From the IMG/VR virus record IMGVR_UViG_3300028886_000045: a stretch of 64,000 nt of DNA; one strand, written 5' to 3'. This DNA comes from a virus (Duplodnaviria > Caudoviricetes). The stretch's first letter is position 1. Every line of letters starts with the position of its first letter. The position numbers and the translations under genes are program-made. Positions 8,658 to 17,659 of the stretch are shown here, in pieces. The notes beneath the pieces are model-generated. The model ran no database searches. It saw only the letters and a list, made by a program, of their open reading frames with translations, and was not told where the DNA came from.

Positions 8658-9533
8658 TTACTCGTTAATTGGTTTTCTTGAACACACAACAACTTTCTTT
8701 TCCCTATCAGCCCCCTTAAACCAAGGACAATCGAAACATTGCTTAGAACCAACATTTACGATTTTGTTTTTGTACCCTCTCGTTTCGCGTGGGCATGGGG
8801 TTTCATTCACGTTATAGTTAATCCTTACACAATCGTTAGGGACTTCTATGTTATCAGTCGTAACGCTTTCCTCTTTGGATGGGGTAGCGGTTATTTTGGT
8901 TGTTTTATTTTCCTTCAGATACTTTTGCATTTCGGGCATAGTTGGAAACTTGAAACCATTCAATTCCGCGTACTCAATCCTTTCGCGCAACCTTATGTTA
9001 GAAACCTTTAGCGAGGTCACTTCTTTCTTTGCGCTTTCCATTGCTTCTATGCACCTTTGCGCACCCTCACTCTTTTCTTTGTGTGCCTTTATAATTGCTT
9101 TGCTATCCAATAAGTCCTTTTGCAACTTTTCGATTTCCGCGCTTTGCAACTTGATTTTCTCAGCGTGGGACGCACATAAATTTTCCTTTTCCGTTAAGGA
9201 TTTTTCCAATGCTTCAATCTTATCCCTTTTCTTCGTTTCGGAAAGTTGCAAGTTACTTATTATCGCACGCGCCCTTTCTGAAAGTGCATCATTGTTTGCG
9301 TTCTTCTGTGCATTCTGTGACTTCAACACCGCAATTTGTTCACGCAACTCTTTAATTGTTAAGTCGCGTTCACGCACGCCACTTAGGTATCGGTTGATTT
9401 CCGTTTCGTGTTTTTGCGCATTTTCTTGCACCCTTACACTCAATCTTTCCGCTTGCTCTTTATACTGCCTGTACCTATTCCACAACTCAGTAAAGAACAT
9501 TTCCGCTTGCTCTTCGTTTACGTTTATCTTCAT
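8658..9533 (-). CDS. Coiled-coil protein with C-terminal Cys-rich (Zn) domain
   Basis: Long heptad region; CP...VGS..CFDCPWF...VVC; start refined to MKINVNEE. Confidence 0.75.
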   Translation of the reverse strand: MKINVNEEQAEMFFTELWNRYRQYKEQAERLSVRVQENAQKHETEINRYLSGVRERDLTIKELREQIAVLKSQNAQKNANNDALSERARAIISNLQLSETKKRDKIEALEKSLTEKENLCASHAEKIKLQSAEIEKLQKDLLDSKAIIKAHKEKSEGAQRCIEAMESAKKEVTSLKVSNIRLRERIEYAELNGFKFPTMPEMQKYLKENKTTKITATPSKEESVTTDNIEVPNDCVRINYNVNETPCPRETRGYKNKIVNVGSKQCFDCPWFKGADREKKVVVCSRKPINE

Positions 9534-9549
9534 TGATTTTCTGCTTTTA

Positions 9550-10242
9550 TTAGAACAAAGACAACTGCCTTGCATCTTCACGCAATCGCCTTTCTGCTAT
9601 CTTACATAATTTTTCTTTCTTTTCGCTACCTATATACACACGCCCACCGCCTAATTGCTGAACTGCTAACGCTGTTGTACCCCCACCCATGAAGGGGTCG
9701 TAAACAACCCCATTTTGAGGACACGTTGAAAGTATCATACTCCGTACCATTGCAAGGGGCAAAGACGAATAGCCGTTTTTGTCCATTCGCACATCCCATA
9801 TATTCGACTTGTACGCGCTATTTTCCTTTCGGAAATATGGATAGTCACCCTTGTATAGCCAATATATGTATTCTGTTATAGGCGTATAATTATCATCTGC
9901 CTTTTCCAACGTGTTAGCCTTATCCCATACAATTATTTGATGTAACGGAAAGTCATAAACCCACGTTGGATGTATAAGCCTTTGAAACTTCATGTTATCC
10001 TTGTGGTTGTAATACATAGAACCATTCGGTTTCAACACGCGCATACATTCTTTGATAAATCGCCTTTGCCACGCCTCGTATTCCGTTGGCGTTATGCTAT
10101 CCTTTGGCGATTCTGAATACATCACGAACCTATACCATCCCTTGTTTGTCGGTGGTGACGCAATAATAAGGTCTATGGATTCATTCGCCATTCTTGACAA
10201 AGTTTCCATACAATCCTCATTATAAATCTTGTTTATTTCCAT
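9550..10242 (-). CDS. Beta-class DNA amino-methyltransferase (N6A/N4C), atypical SPPT motif, C-terminal QLSLF
   Basis: IYNEDC...SPPT...DPFMGGGTTA. Confidence 0.85.
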   Translation of the reverse strand: MEINKIYNEDCMETLSRMANESIDLIIASPPTNKGWYRFVMYSESPKDSITPTEYEAWQRRFIKECMRVLKPNGSMYYNHKDNMKFQRLIHPTWVYDFPLHQIIVWDKANTLEKADDNYTPITEYIYWLYKGDYPYFRKENSAYKSNIWDVRMDKNGYSSLPLAMVRSMILSTCPQNGVVYDPFMGGGTTALAVQQLGGGRVYIGSEKKEKLCKIAERRLREDARQLSLF

Positions 10243-10243
10243 A

Positions 10244-10966
10244 TCAGAATATCGTTTGTAACGAATTTTCGTATTCTATTCTTTTCATTGCGATTTTGTG
10301 GTAATCCTCATTCAATTCAAAGCCTATGAAATGTCGTTTTTCCTTCATGCACGCAATAGCGGTCGTACCACTACCCATGAAAGGGTCTAAAATCAAGTCA
10401 CCCTCATTCGTGCTATTTCGGATAAACCTTTGCATCAGTTCCAAAGGCTTGATAGAAGGATGCCCCCAAAGTTTCTTATCCTTATGGTTGATATACCCCA
10501 CCTCGTAGGTCTTTGCATCTTCATAATCCTTTGGATGCGTCTTACTGCCCTTGTGGAAAAACAGACAATACTCCGTGTCGCTTAGGTACTTGTTATAATA
10601 GGTAGGCAAAGCATTCTTCTTATGCCAACAGATAATTTCATACTTGCATTTCATTTCGCTTACATATATTCTGAAATAGTCTGCTATCTGTGCTTTGTTA
10701 CACCATATATAAGCGTTTATCTTTCCACCTTGCAACCTTTTGACCTCTTGGGCAAAGGCTTCCATATTGTAGCCATCGCGCAAATTGGCTACATCTAACT
10801 GCTTTAGCGAATCATTCAGTTTCTTAACCTTGTTTACGCTACCACCCCCATGATGCTTTTCAATGACATACGGTGGGTCTGTCACTATGCAGTCAATACT
10901 TCCGCTTTCGATTTGCTTCATTCCCTCAAAGCAATCCGCGTTATATATCCTATCAATTTCCAACAT
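10244..10966 (-). CDS. Beta-class DNA amino-methyltransferase, C-terminal LQTIF
   Basis: TDPPY, HPSIKP, DPFMGSGTT, GFELN. Confidence 0.95.
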   Translation of the reverse strand: MLEIDRIYNADCFEGMKQIESGSIDCIVTDPPYVIEKHHGGGSVNKVKKLNDSLKQLDVANLRDGYNMEAFAQEVKRLQGGKINAYIWCNKAQIADYFRIYVSEMKCKYEIICWHKKNALPTYYNKYLSDTEYCLFFHKGSKTHPKDYEDAKTYEVGYINHKDKKLWGHPSIKPLELMQRFIRNSTNEGDLILDPFMGSGTTAIACMKEKRHFIGFELNEDYHKIAMKRIEYENSLQTIF

Positions 10967-10968
10967 AA

Positions 10969-11715
10969 TTAAAACAAACTTAGTTGTGACCTTTCGGCTT
11001 TAATTCTTTGATATGCTTTTTTGTAGAACTTCTCGTTTAGTTCAAATCCGACAAAATGCCTATTTTCCTTCATACACGCAATCGCAGTAGAACCGCTCCC
11101 CATAAAAGGGTCTAAAATCGTATCGCCTTTGTCTGTGTTAAGTAGAACGAACTCACGGATAATCTGCACGGGTTTTTCCGTTGGATGGATTTTGGCTTTT
11201 CCGTTAATAGGCGCAACCTTCTTGACCCTACTATAAAGTTCATTGTTTGATACGCGCCTTAGTGCCGTGCCATAGTCGTAAACCCTTACTATGTATTCCA
11301 AATTCTGACTAAAACGATTATGGTTAATGATACTTAGCGGTTTCTCCCATACAAGAATACTGAACATATAGCCGTTATTCTCTGCCCACATTGCATAGTA
11401 GGGAACTTGCGTCTCCGAACAAAACATATAGGCATTCATAATCTTCATTTTCGGCTCTATCGCCTTCATCAGCCTATCTATGTGCTCCCCATCAAAGTCG
11501 CTCATATCGCCTATCATATCCCCCTCGTAGTTATACAATTCGGAATTTGAAAACCTACTTTCCGTATTGCATTGCTTACGCTGTGAATATGGCTTGCCGG
11601 GGGACTTCTTATGCCAATACGGTGGGTCGGTAATCACGCAATCAATACTTTTATCCGCGATTTCCTTTAACCCCTCCATACAATCCATATTGTATATGTT
11701 ATCCAATTCTAACAT
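10969..11715 (-). CDS. Beta-class DNA amino-methyltransferase, C-terminal QLSLF
   Basis: TDPPY, HPTEKP, DPFMGSGST. Confidence 0.95.
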   Translation of the reverse strand: MLELDNIYNMDCMEGLKEIADKSIDCVITDPPYWHKKSPGKPYSQRKQCNTESRFSNSELYNYEGDMIGDMSDFDGEHIDRLMKAIEPKMKIMNAYMFCSETQVPYYAMWAENNGYMFSILVWEKPLSIINHNRFSQNLEYIVRVYDYGTALRRVSNNELYSRVKKVAPINGKAKIHPTEKPVQIIREFVLLNTDKGDTILDPFMGSGSTAIACMKENRHFVGFELNEKFYKKAYQRIKAERSQLSLF

Positions 11716-11718
11716 AGT

Positions 11719-12492
11719 CTAAAATAGTGTCGGTTGTGATTTCTCCATTTCAATCCTTTCATTAGCCTTTTCCCAATACTTTGTATTCAGTTCAAAGCCT
11801 AAGAAATGTCGCTTTTCCTTCATGCACGCTATTGCAGTAGTGCCACTCCCCATGCAATTATCCAAAACCAAGTCACCCTCGTTTGAATAGGTTCGTACCA
11901 AATACCTAATCAAGTCCAAAGGCTTTTGTGTAGGATGCCATGCACCCTTATCCCTTGCAAAGCGTAACACGCTCTTTGGGTATCTGTCACCATTGTTTTC
12001 CGTTGTAACGGATTTTTGATTGTTAGGGTCGTAGTTACTGCTTGCACTACCTTGTTTGCAAGTATAAGGCTTTCCCTCTGTTTTCTGTGGGTTGTAAACC
12101 ATAGCGTTCATGGGATTCTTTACAAAGCATGACGCGCTTTTGCTGAACACCAAAATATTTTCGTGGCTTTTCATTGGCGCAAAGTTGGCGTTCAAATGCC
12201 CCGTCCCTTGCTCTTTCTCCCATATCCACTCATATTTAAGCATTGGCAGATTTGACGCGCCCAAAACCTTATCGAAAGGCGTTTGTGCAAACAACACAAT
12301 AGCACCCCTTTTCTTGATTATGCGGTTATATTGCGCCCAAAGTTCATCCAAGGGAATAATACTATCCCATTGGTTTTTTGTCGTGCCAAATGGCAAATCA
12401 CAGATAATGCAGTCCACTACACCGTCCGCGATTTCATTCATACCCACCAAACAATCCTCATTGTATATCTTATTCAGTTCCAAATAATCCAT
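11719..12492 (-). CDS. Beta-class DNA amino-methyltransferase, C-terminal QPTLF
   Basis: CDLPF, HPTQKP, DNCMGSGTT. Confidence 0.95.
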   Translation of the reverse strand: MDYLELNKIYNEDCLVGMNEIADGVVDCIICDLPFGTTKNQWDSIIPLDELWAQYNRIIKKRGAIVLFAQTPFDKVLGASNLPMLKYEWIWEKEQGTGHLNANFAPMKSHENILVFSKSASCFVKNPMNAMVYNPQKTEGKPYTCKQGSASSNYDPNNQKSVTTENNGDRYPKSVLRFARDKGAWHPTQKPLDLIRYLVRTYSNEGDLVLDNCMGSGTTAIACMKEKRHFLGFELNTKYWEKANERIEMEKSQPTLF

Positions 12493-12495
12493 AGC

Positions 12496-12636
12496 CTAAA
12501 AATGATGAAAGTCCTTAAAAATATGTATCAGTCTTAAAAAGTAGAAACCGCAAACCATCAAAACAATCCCAATCAATCCGAATATGATGCCAACAGTCCA
12601 AAGTACCCACATGGGTACGAAAAAAGTAAATTCCAT
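12496..12636 (-). CDS. Small single-pass membrane protein (46 aa)
   Basis: Hand-translated MEFTFFVPMWVLWTVGIIFGLIGIVLMVCGFYFLRLIHIFKDFHHF; exactly fills the gap. Confidence 0.7.
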   Translation of the reverse strand: MEFTFFVPMWVLWTVGIIFGLIGIVLMVCGFYFLRLIHIFKDFHHF

Positions 12637-12650
12637 ATCTTTTATAGTTG

Positions 12651-13355
12651 TTAGAAAAGACTTTGTTCAATCCATTGTGCCTCTTTCGGCTTTATCGTTT
12701 TCGTGGCTTCAACAAATCTTTCGTTAGTTTCCTTGTTTATTATTTCCCTACCCTTTTGCTCACCTATAACATAATTCTTGTTATCACCTTTCGGATATGG
12801 CATTATAGGGTATTTCAGACACTTCATTAATCGCTTTCGTGTCCTTTTATCGCAACAGAAATAAACGTATCGGTATTTGGAAGAACGCACCACCCTTTTA
12901 TCCTTTTCCGTATCGTTATAGTGTCTTGAATGCTTACCTTCTTCCACATACTTATCCGTTCTTTCCTTTGTCTGCCCCGTGTATATGAAATTCGTTGCTT
13001 GATACACATAGCCGTGGTGATTCATGCCACTATCGGCATACGAAACAATCACTATGTTTTCAGCCTTCAGCATTCGCAATACTTCACCGACAAAATAGGA
13101 TGCCGTATTGCGTGGCATACCACCCTCAACATAAAGGCGGTTAAGTTCATAGACAATAGGGGAATATTCTTTACCCAAAAGCCCCTCGCAAAGTGAATTA
13201 GACGCTGGCTTGCCTATCGTCAGAACCCCCACCAACCTTTGCCCATCGAACAATCCAAAGGCAAATGTTATGCTTGGTATTCTGTGGGCATAGTGGTAAT
13301 ACTTAATATCGTAGTATGCCATTTTGGGGTTTATCCTACTTACTTTGTATTCCAT
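12651..13355 (-). CDS. mom: Mom-family DNA adenine-modification enzyme (GNAT fold), C-terminal EQSLF
   Basis: HY..R, LVGV, ELNRL...MPRN.AS, SYAD...H.GYVYQATNF, YRYVYF, PYPK, all matching Mu Mom motifs. Confidence 0.85.
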   Translation of the reverse strand: MEYKVSRINPKMAYYDIKYYHYAHRIPSITFAFGLFDGQRLVGVLTIGKPASNSLCEGLLGKEYSPIVYELNRLYVEGGMPRNTASYFVGEVLRMLKAENIVIVSYADSGMNHHGYVYQATNFIYTGQTKERTDKYVEEGKHSRHYNDTEKDKRVVRSSKYRYVYFCCDKRTRKRLMKCLKYPIMPYPKGDNKNYVIGEQKGREIINKETNERFVEATKTIKPKEAQWIEQSLF

Positions 13356-14143
13356 CAGAACAAACTCAACTGCTTATACTTCTTTTTCTGTATCACCACC
13401 TTTCGGCTATCGCCCTCCCTTTGCAGATAACCGCAACAAATCGGACAACTATACCAATCACCAAAGCGAGGGTCGTAGATTCTTTTCGTGCCACCGCAAC
13501 AATCCAAAGGAACTTGCGCCTTCTGTGTTGGGTGTGGCTGTTCTGCATACAACACCTTTAGGCTCTTGTCCAACAGATAGCAATACCTATGTTTTCTTGT
13601 CCTATTCACCCACACGCCACGCCTTACCTTTGTATCGCTCCTCGTCTTTCCGTTTTCCGCATCGTAGAAATCCGTCTTTGCATCCGTCAATCCATAATAC
13701 TTGAAATTGCAGACTTGGTAAATACTGCCTATGTGCCGTGACGCATCCGCTAACGTGATAACCGCCTTAATGCCGTGCTTTACCAACATTTTCATGCTGT
13801 TTCCCAAAAGGAAAGATGTTGCATTCGTACCATTAAGGCACGGTAACATACAAAGACGCGATAATTCAAGAACCGTTTGGTCTGAGTTTTCAAGTCCAAA
13901 CCACCCCTTTAGTGCTAACGCCCCATTTGGGTTACTATAAGTCGCTACACCTACACAGACATCACCCTCGTCCCCCTTGTAGTACAACCCATATCCGTAC
14001 ACACAGAAAAACCGCGCCTCGCCCAAATAGTGATACTGCCTAACGAAATTGTAGCAAGTAACCTTATCTATTTCCCTAATATGGAAAATCTTCTTTGCCT
14101 TGATTTTTCTATCCTTAAAATCTTGCAGTTCTTTAATTTCCAT
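13355..14143 (-). CDS. Second Mom-like enzyme with C-terminal Cys cluster and QLSLF
   Basis: YHYLG, ELSRLC, LAD..RHIGSIYQVCNF, KHRYCY; DCCGG...CPICC. Confidence 0.8.
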   Translation of the reverse strand: MEIKELQDFKDRKIKAKKIFHIREIDKVTCYNFVRQYHYLGEARFFCVYGYGLYYKGDEGDVCVGVATYSNPNGALALKGWFGLENSDQTVLELSRLCMLPCLNGTNATSFLLGNSMKMLVKHGIKAVITLADASRHIGSIYQVCNFKYYGLTDAKTDFYDAENGKTRSDTKVRRGVWVNRTRKHRYCYLLDKSLKVLYAEQPHPTQKAQVPLDCCGGTKRIYDPRFGDWYSCPICCGYLQREGDSRKVVIQKKKYKQLSLF

Positions 14144-14144
14144 A

Positions 14145-14330
14145 TTATTCTATCCTTATGTAAAACCCTTTGATTTCTAACCCTTGGTAGGAACTATCTG
14201 TATCATTCCATGCGTTTACAAATTCTTCCATTGTCATAGCCGAGTCTGCATTATCCTTTAGTTCGGATTTGTCTAACGCACCAATCATATCCCTATCCCA
14301 ATCACGAACATTGAAAAAATATACTAACAT
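14145..14330 (-). CDS. Small acidic hypothetical protein
   Basis: 61 aa, abuts the mom-like gene. Confidence 0.65.
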   Translation of the reverse strand: MLVYFFNVRDWDRDMIGALDKSELKDNADSAMTMEEFVNAWNDTDSSYQGLEIKGFYIRIE

Positions 14331-14351
14331 ATCCTATCTCCTTTCTTTAGC

Positions 14352-14401
14352 AAAAAACCGCCCACCAAGCCCTTTGAAAAAAAGGCAAAACGGTGGACGG
14401 G
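14352..14401 (-). terminator. Extended hairpin with U-tract
   Basis: CCGTCCACC...GGTGGGCGG followed by TTTTT on the minus strand. Confidence 0.5.
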
Positions 14402-14430
14402 AAAAAGATGAAATGAAAATAAAAACTTTG

Positions 14431-14474
14431 TGGGGAAAAGGGGATTTGAACCCCTAACAAAAAACCTTATCCCC
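14431..14474 (-). ncRNA. tRNA-like mini element (acceptor stem plus T arm, no D or anticodon arm)
   Basis: GGGGATA-12 nt-AGGGG TTCAAAT CCCCT-TTTCCCC-A. Confidence 0.5.
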
Positions 14475-14479
14475 ATAGT

Positions 14480-14510
14480 AAAAAAGGCGCACCGATTAAC
14501 GGCACGCCCC
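14480..14510 (-). terminator. Rho-independent terminator
   Basis: GGCGTGCCG-TTAAT-CGGTGCGCC-TTTTTT. Confidence 0.65.
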
Positions 14511-14541
14511 AAAAACATACATAAAAATGAAAAAGAAAAAC

Positions 14542-14976
14542 TCAAAAGTACATGAGGTTACTATAAAATTCTTCCACATTGATATTCTTCAACGGCATTT
14601 GGAAAAGCACATCTTTAACCCTTTCGTAAAGTTGTTCAAACTCTTCCTCTGACATTTTATCAAAGGCAATAGATTTCGGTGCTTGCAACCATTCTTGTTT
14701 AGCCACGTTATAGATAGGCTCGAACCACCCCGCGGCAATTTCCATTGTCTTTCTGAATGAATCAATGCTATTATTGAAAAACTTACATTGTTCTTCCGTC
14801 ATATACTCCCACGCCAAATTTATCAAGGCGAAATACTTTTTGTGAAATTCGTAGTTTCTGTAAAGTTTCACATCAACATTATAAACCTCACCGATTTTCA
14901 GCCTTTTTTTCTTGTCGTAGTTGTCATCACCATAAGGCACAAAGCCATTTACGGTGTTCATACATTGTATTCGCAT
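14542..14976 (-). CDS. DUF1367 / NinB-like protein
   Basis: RNYEFHKKYFALI..AW...PKSIAFDKMSEEEF..LY; start refined to MRIQCM. Confidence 0.75.
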   Translation of the reverse strand: MRIQCMNTVNGFVPYGDDNYDKKKRLKIGEVYNVDVKLYRNYEFHKKYFALINLAWEYMTEEQCKFFNNSIDSFRKTMEIAAGWFEPIYNVAKQEWLQAPKSIAFDKMSEEEFEQLYERVKDVLFQMPLKNINVEEFYSNLMYF

Positions 14977-14990
14977 AGTCTTACTTTCCG

Positions 14991-15031
14991 AAAAAAAGAA
15001 AAATCCCCACGCGGAAAAACCGCATAGGGAC
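14991..15031 (-). terminator. Rho-independent terminator after ssb
   Basis: TCCCTATGCGG-TTTTT-CCGCGTGGGGA followed by T-rich tract. Confidence 0.7.
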
Positions 15032-15063
15032 TTATTCTTCAACCAACTCAAAGCCGTGTGCCA

Positions 15064-15594
15064 TTAGAAAGGCAATCCACCATTGGGGTCGGGTTGTGGA
15101 AACCCCCCTTGTGGTGCACCTTGTGGGGCATAACCGCCTTGTGGGGCGTAACCGCCTTGTGGCGCACCTTGTGCATAACCGCCTTGTGGCGCACCCTGTG
15201 GGGCATAACCACCCTGCGGAGCATAACCGCCTTGTGGCGCACCTTGTGGGGCGTTCTGTGGCTTTGGTGGAGCAAGGAGTGCAACATCATTTGCAAACAT
15301 ACTGAGGTCTAAATATGCTTGACCGTTGTATAGTCTGCTTTCCGCAATCAAGCCACCGCTAACCAATACCTTTGCGCCCTTTACCAAATATGGCTTCAAG
15401 CCATCCGAATAACGATAAAGGACTGCTACCCACATAGTTTTTTGTACCTTTTCGGTCTGTCCACTTTGTGGATTCTGCTCGTTCTTCTGATAACCAACAC
15501 CAATATTAAACTTAAAGTAACTATTGTTGTTGATTGTTACCACCTCTGCATCTTTGCCGAGGTTTCCGTGTAATGTCGAATTTATTCCGTTCAT
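15064..15594 (-). CDS. ssb: Single-stranded DNA-binding protein
   Basis: GNLGKDA, YL.KG.KVLVSG, low-complexity tail ending LPF. Confidence 0.9.
   Translation of the reverse strand: MNGINSTLHGNLGKDAEVVTINNNSYFKFNIGVGYQKNEQNPQSGQTEKVQKTMWVAVLYRYSDGLKPYLVKGAKVLVSGGLIAESRLYNGQAYLDLSMFANDVALLAPPKPQNAPQGAPQGGYAPQGGYAPQGAPQGGYAQGAPQGGYAPQGGYAPQGAPQGGFPQPDPNGGLPF
15105..15255 (-). repeat. Coding tandem repeat (APQG / APQGGY units) in the SSB linker
   Basis: Repeated ccttgtgg(g)gc units. Confidence 0.85.
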
Positions 15595-15617
15595 TCTTTC
15601 TTTTTTTTGAATTGTTA

Positions 15618-16745
15618 TTACTTAGTCTTAAATCTTATGGATTCGCTTACGGTCGCGTCCTTTACATACTTATCGTACATTTCCGCTTGCTCCTCCTTGA
15701 AACGCTTCGAGTCAAATTTCTTTTGAACACCACCCAAAACGCGCGTTACCACCAATTTGTCGGTTTCCCACTTTTTGATGTTATTGTCTTGCATTACTTT
15801 TAGAAAACGGCTTTCAATTTCCTTTTTCAAGGTTTCCGCTTTCTTGATGCTTTCCAAGCATTCAACGATTTGGGTTTCCATCTGACCGAGAACCGCCAAA
15901 GCCTTACCGTCTGCCTTATCCGTAGCCGTAGCCGTAGGCAATGGCACATACTTACAAGCCTCTTGCGCCTTACGCAATTCTGCTATTTCCGCGAATGCAG
16001 ACGCAGAACCCTCCATATCGTTCATATCTTCGCAGAACTTTTGGATTTTGCGCTTTTCGTCAATCTGTGCTTGCAGTTCCAACCAACGCCTATCACACTC
16101 GATTAGTTTTTCAACCTCAGCGCGTGACTTTTCCGCAATATCCTTGATACGCGACTTTCCATAAGTAGGCTTTGGTAGCCAAATACACTTTAGACTTCTG
16201 ACTTTCAAGCCCTTGTTATTCAGTTCAAACAGATATTTGTAAATGGATAACTGCCATGACAAATAATCATCGTCAATCTTTGATGTACCCTTGACATCTA
16301 CAAGGTCTATCGCGCCATCTTCTGACATTACAATATCTATCGCGCTTGCGTGGTTTACATAATCGCTAACCAAATACTCGTTGGCTTCTGTCTGCAAGTT
16401 CGCCTCACGCTTCAAGTGCGTATAATCAGTTACCCTATCTATGATTTCCGTTGCATTCGGCATCATATCGTAAGTGCATCCGTTCTCTATGCGGAAATTC
16501 TCAATTTCCGTATCAAGTTCTGCCTCGTTTGGAATTACGCCCACAATGTCATACTTCTGTATGCCGTGGTGTATCAAATGACCGCGTAGGGCTGCAATTT
16601 CCAAAGTCATCTGACTGATACCATCATACTTGTGCGCGGAAATATGGCGATGCAACATACTTGTTATGCCCGAAAGCAAACGCCCCTCGTATGTGTATGT
16701 GTGCGTGGCATCATCATAGAATACCTTTGATTGTGCTAACTTCAT
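15618..16745 (-). CDS. PD-(D/E)XK exonuclease (recombination partner of Erf)
   Basis: RGHLIH, AIDIV...[14 protein letters not shown]. Confidence 0.8.
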   Translation of the reverse strand: MKLAQSKVFYDDATHTYTYEGRLLSGITSMLHRHISAHKYDGISQMTLEIAALRGHLIHHGIQKYDIVGVIPNEAELDTEIENFRIENGCTYDMMPNATEIIDRVTDYTHLKREANLQTEANEYLVSDYVNHASAIDIVMSEDGAIDLVDVKGTSKIDDDYLSWQLSIYKYLFELNNKGLKVRSLKCIWLPKPTYGKSRIKDIAEKSRAEVEKLIECDRRWLELQAQIDEKRKIQKFCEDMNDMEGSASAFAEIAELRKAQEACKYVPLPTATATDKADGKALAVLGQMETQIVECLESIKKAETLKKEIESRFLKVMQDNNIKKWETDKLVVTRVLGGVQKKFDSKRFKEEQAEMYDKYVKDATVSESIRFKTK

Positions 16746-17353
16746 TTCTTCGCGTTTTTGATTTTACTACTTTGCGCCTTGACCGCGTTCACAAACTCTT
16801 CAACATTACGCAACAATGCGTAACTGTTCCAAATCTGTACCAACTTATCCTCAGTTGTCGCTTTGCTGATTTCTGCCTTAATGTTTGGTAGGTCTGCCAA
16901 CATCTTTTGGTACGCATCCGCTTGACCTTGCGGTATCTGCTTTTGTGGCTGTTGCTGTCCGTTATTGGTAGAATCGGAATCATCCCCCGTACCATCAATC
17001 AAGAATATACCACACAACGCATACTTACGCGCATAAGACGATGCCGACCCCGTCACTTGACACTCATCCATACCCTTTTTAGTCAAAGGCTCACGCGCCA
17101 ATGCGGTGTTTCTGATTTCGTCTGCCCCATCAGTCAATACAGCCGTGGCGCACAGATAAAATCTTTCGCCAATCTGCTTTATATCGTCTGTGAGATACAA
17201 AACCAAACCCTCTTTTGCCAACAAAGGCTTCGCTTCTACAAGTATATCCTCCGCATTTCGGAAAAAATACTTTCCGAAATCGTTGTATCTACCTTTGCCT
17301 ACATTAAGTTCATTCTGAACCCTTGCGACTTTTTCAATAAACTCCTTGTTCAT
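16742..17353 (-). CDS. erf: Erf-family ssDNA annealing protein
   Basis: QVTGSASSYARKYALCGIFLID..DD.D. Confidence 0.9.
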   Translation of the reverse strand: MNKEFIEKVARVQNELNVGKGRYNDFGKYFFRNAEDILVEAKPLLAKEGLVLYLTDDIKQIGERFYLCATAVLTDGADEIRNTALAREPLTKKGMDECQVTGSASSYARKYALCGIFLIDGTGDDSDSTNNGQQQPQKQIPQGQADAYQKMLADLPNIKAEISKATTEDKLVQIWNSYALLRNVEEFVNAVKAQSSKIKNAKK

Positions 17354-17659
17354 TTCCTTACTTTTTTTTGTATAAAAGGTTTAGAGACGCAATCGCGTTT
17401 CTTTTTTGTTTCAAATTGAATACCCCCCACTTTTCGCATACCATATATATAAGGTCACTATATATATTTTTTTCATTATGGCAGTAAAAAGAATTGCAAC
17501 CCTATCGCGTGGTATCTCCAACTGAGAGGCTTAGTACACTTTATTATTATAATTCAGTCAATTCTTGGTAAACGTGGGTATCATCGAACCTAATCTAACC
17601 CACTTATTTTGTTAAATTGTATGTAAATTTGTGAAAGAACTCAAATTTTTACCTTGTTT

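Noticed and set aside
8848-9609. Long plus-strand ORFs (e.g. 8848-9609, 63147-63884, many inside tape measure and tail genes)
   Set aside because: Antisense shadows of coiled-coil or low-complexity minus-strand genes, with no promoters or recognisable motifs
9550-12492. Restriction-modification system
   Set aside because: No cognate endonuclease adjacent; the MTases are orphan
14324-14545. 73-aa ORF across the structured intergenic region
   Set aside because: Phe-rich translation of T-tracts and hairpins; better explained as non-coding structure
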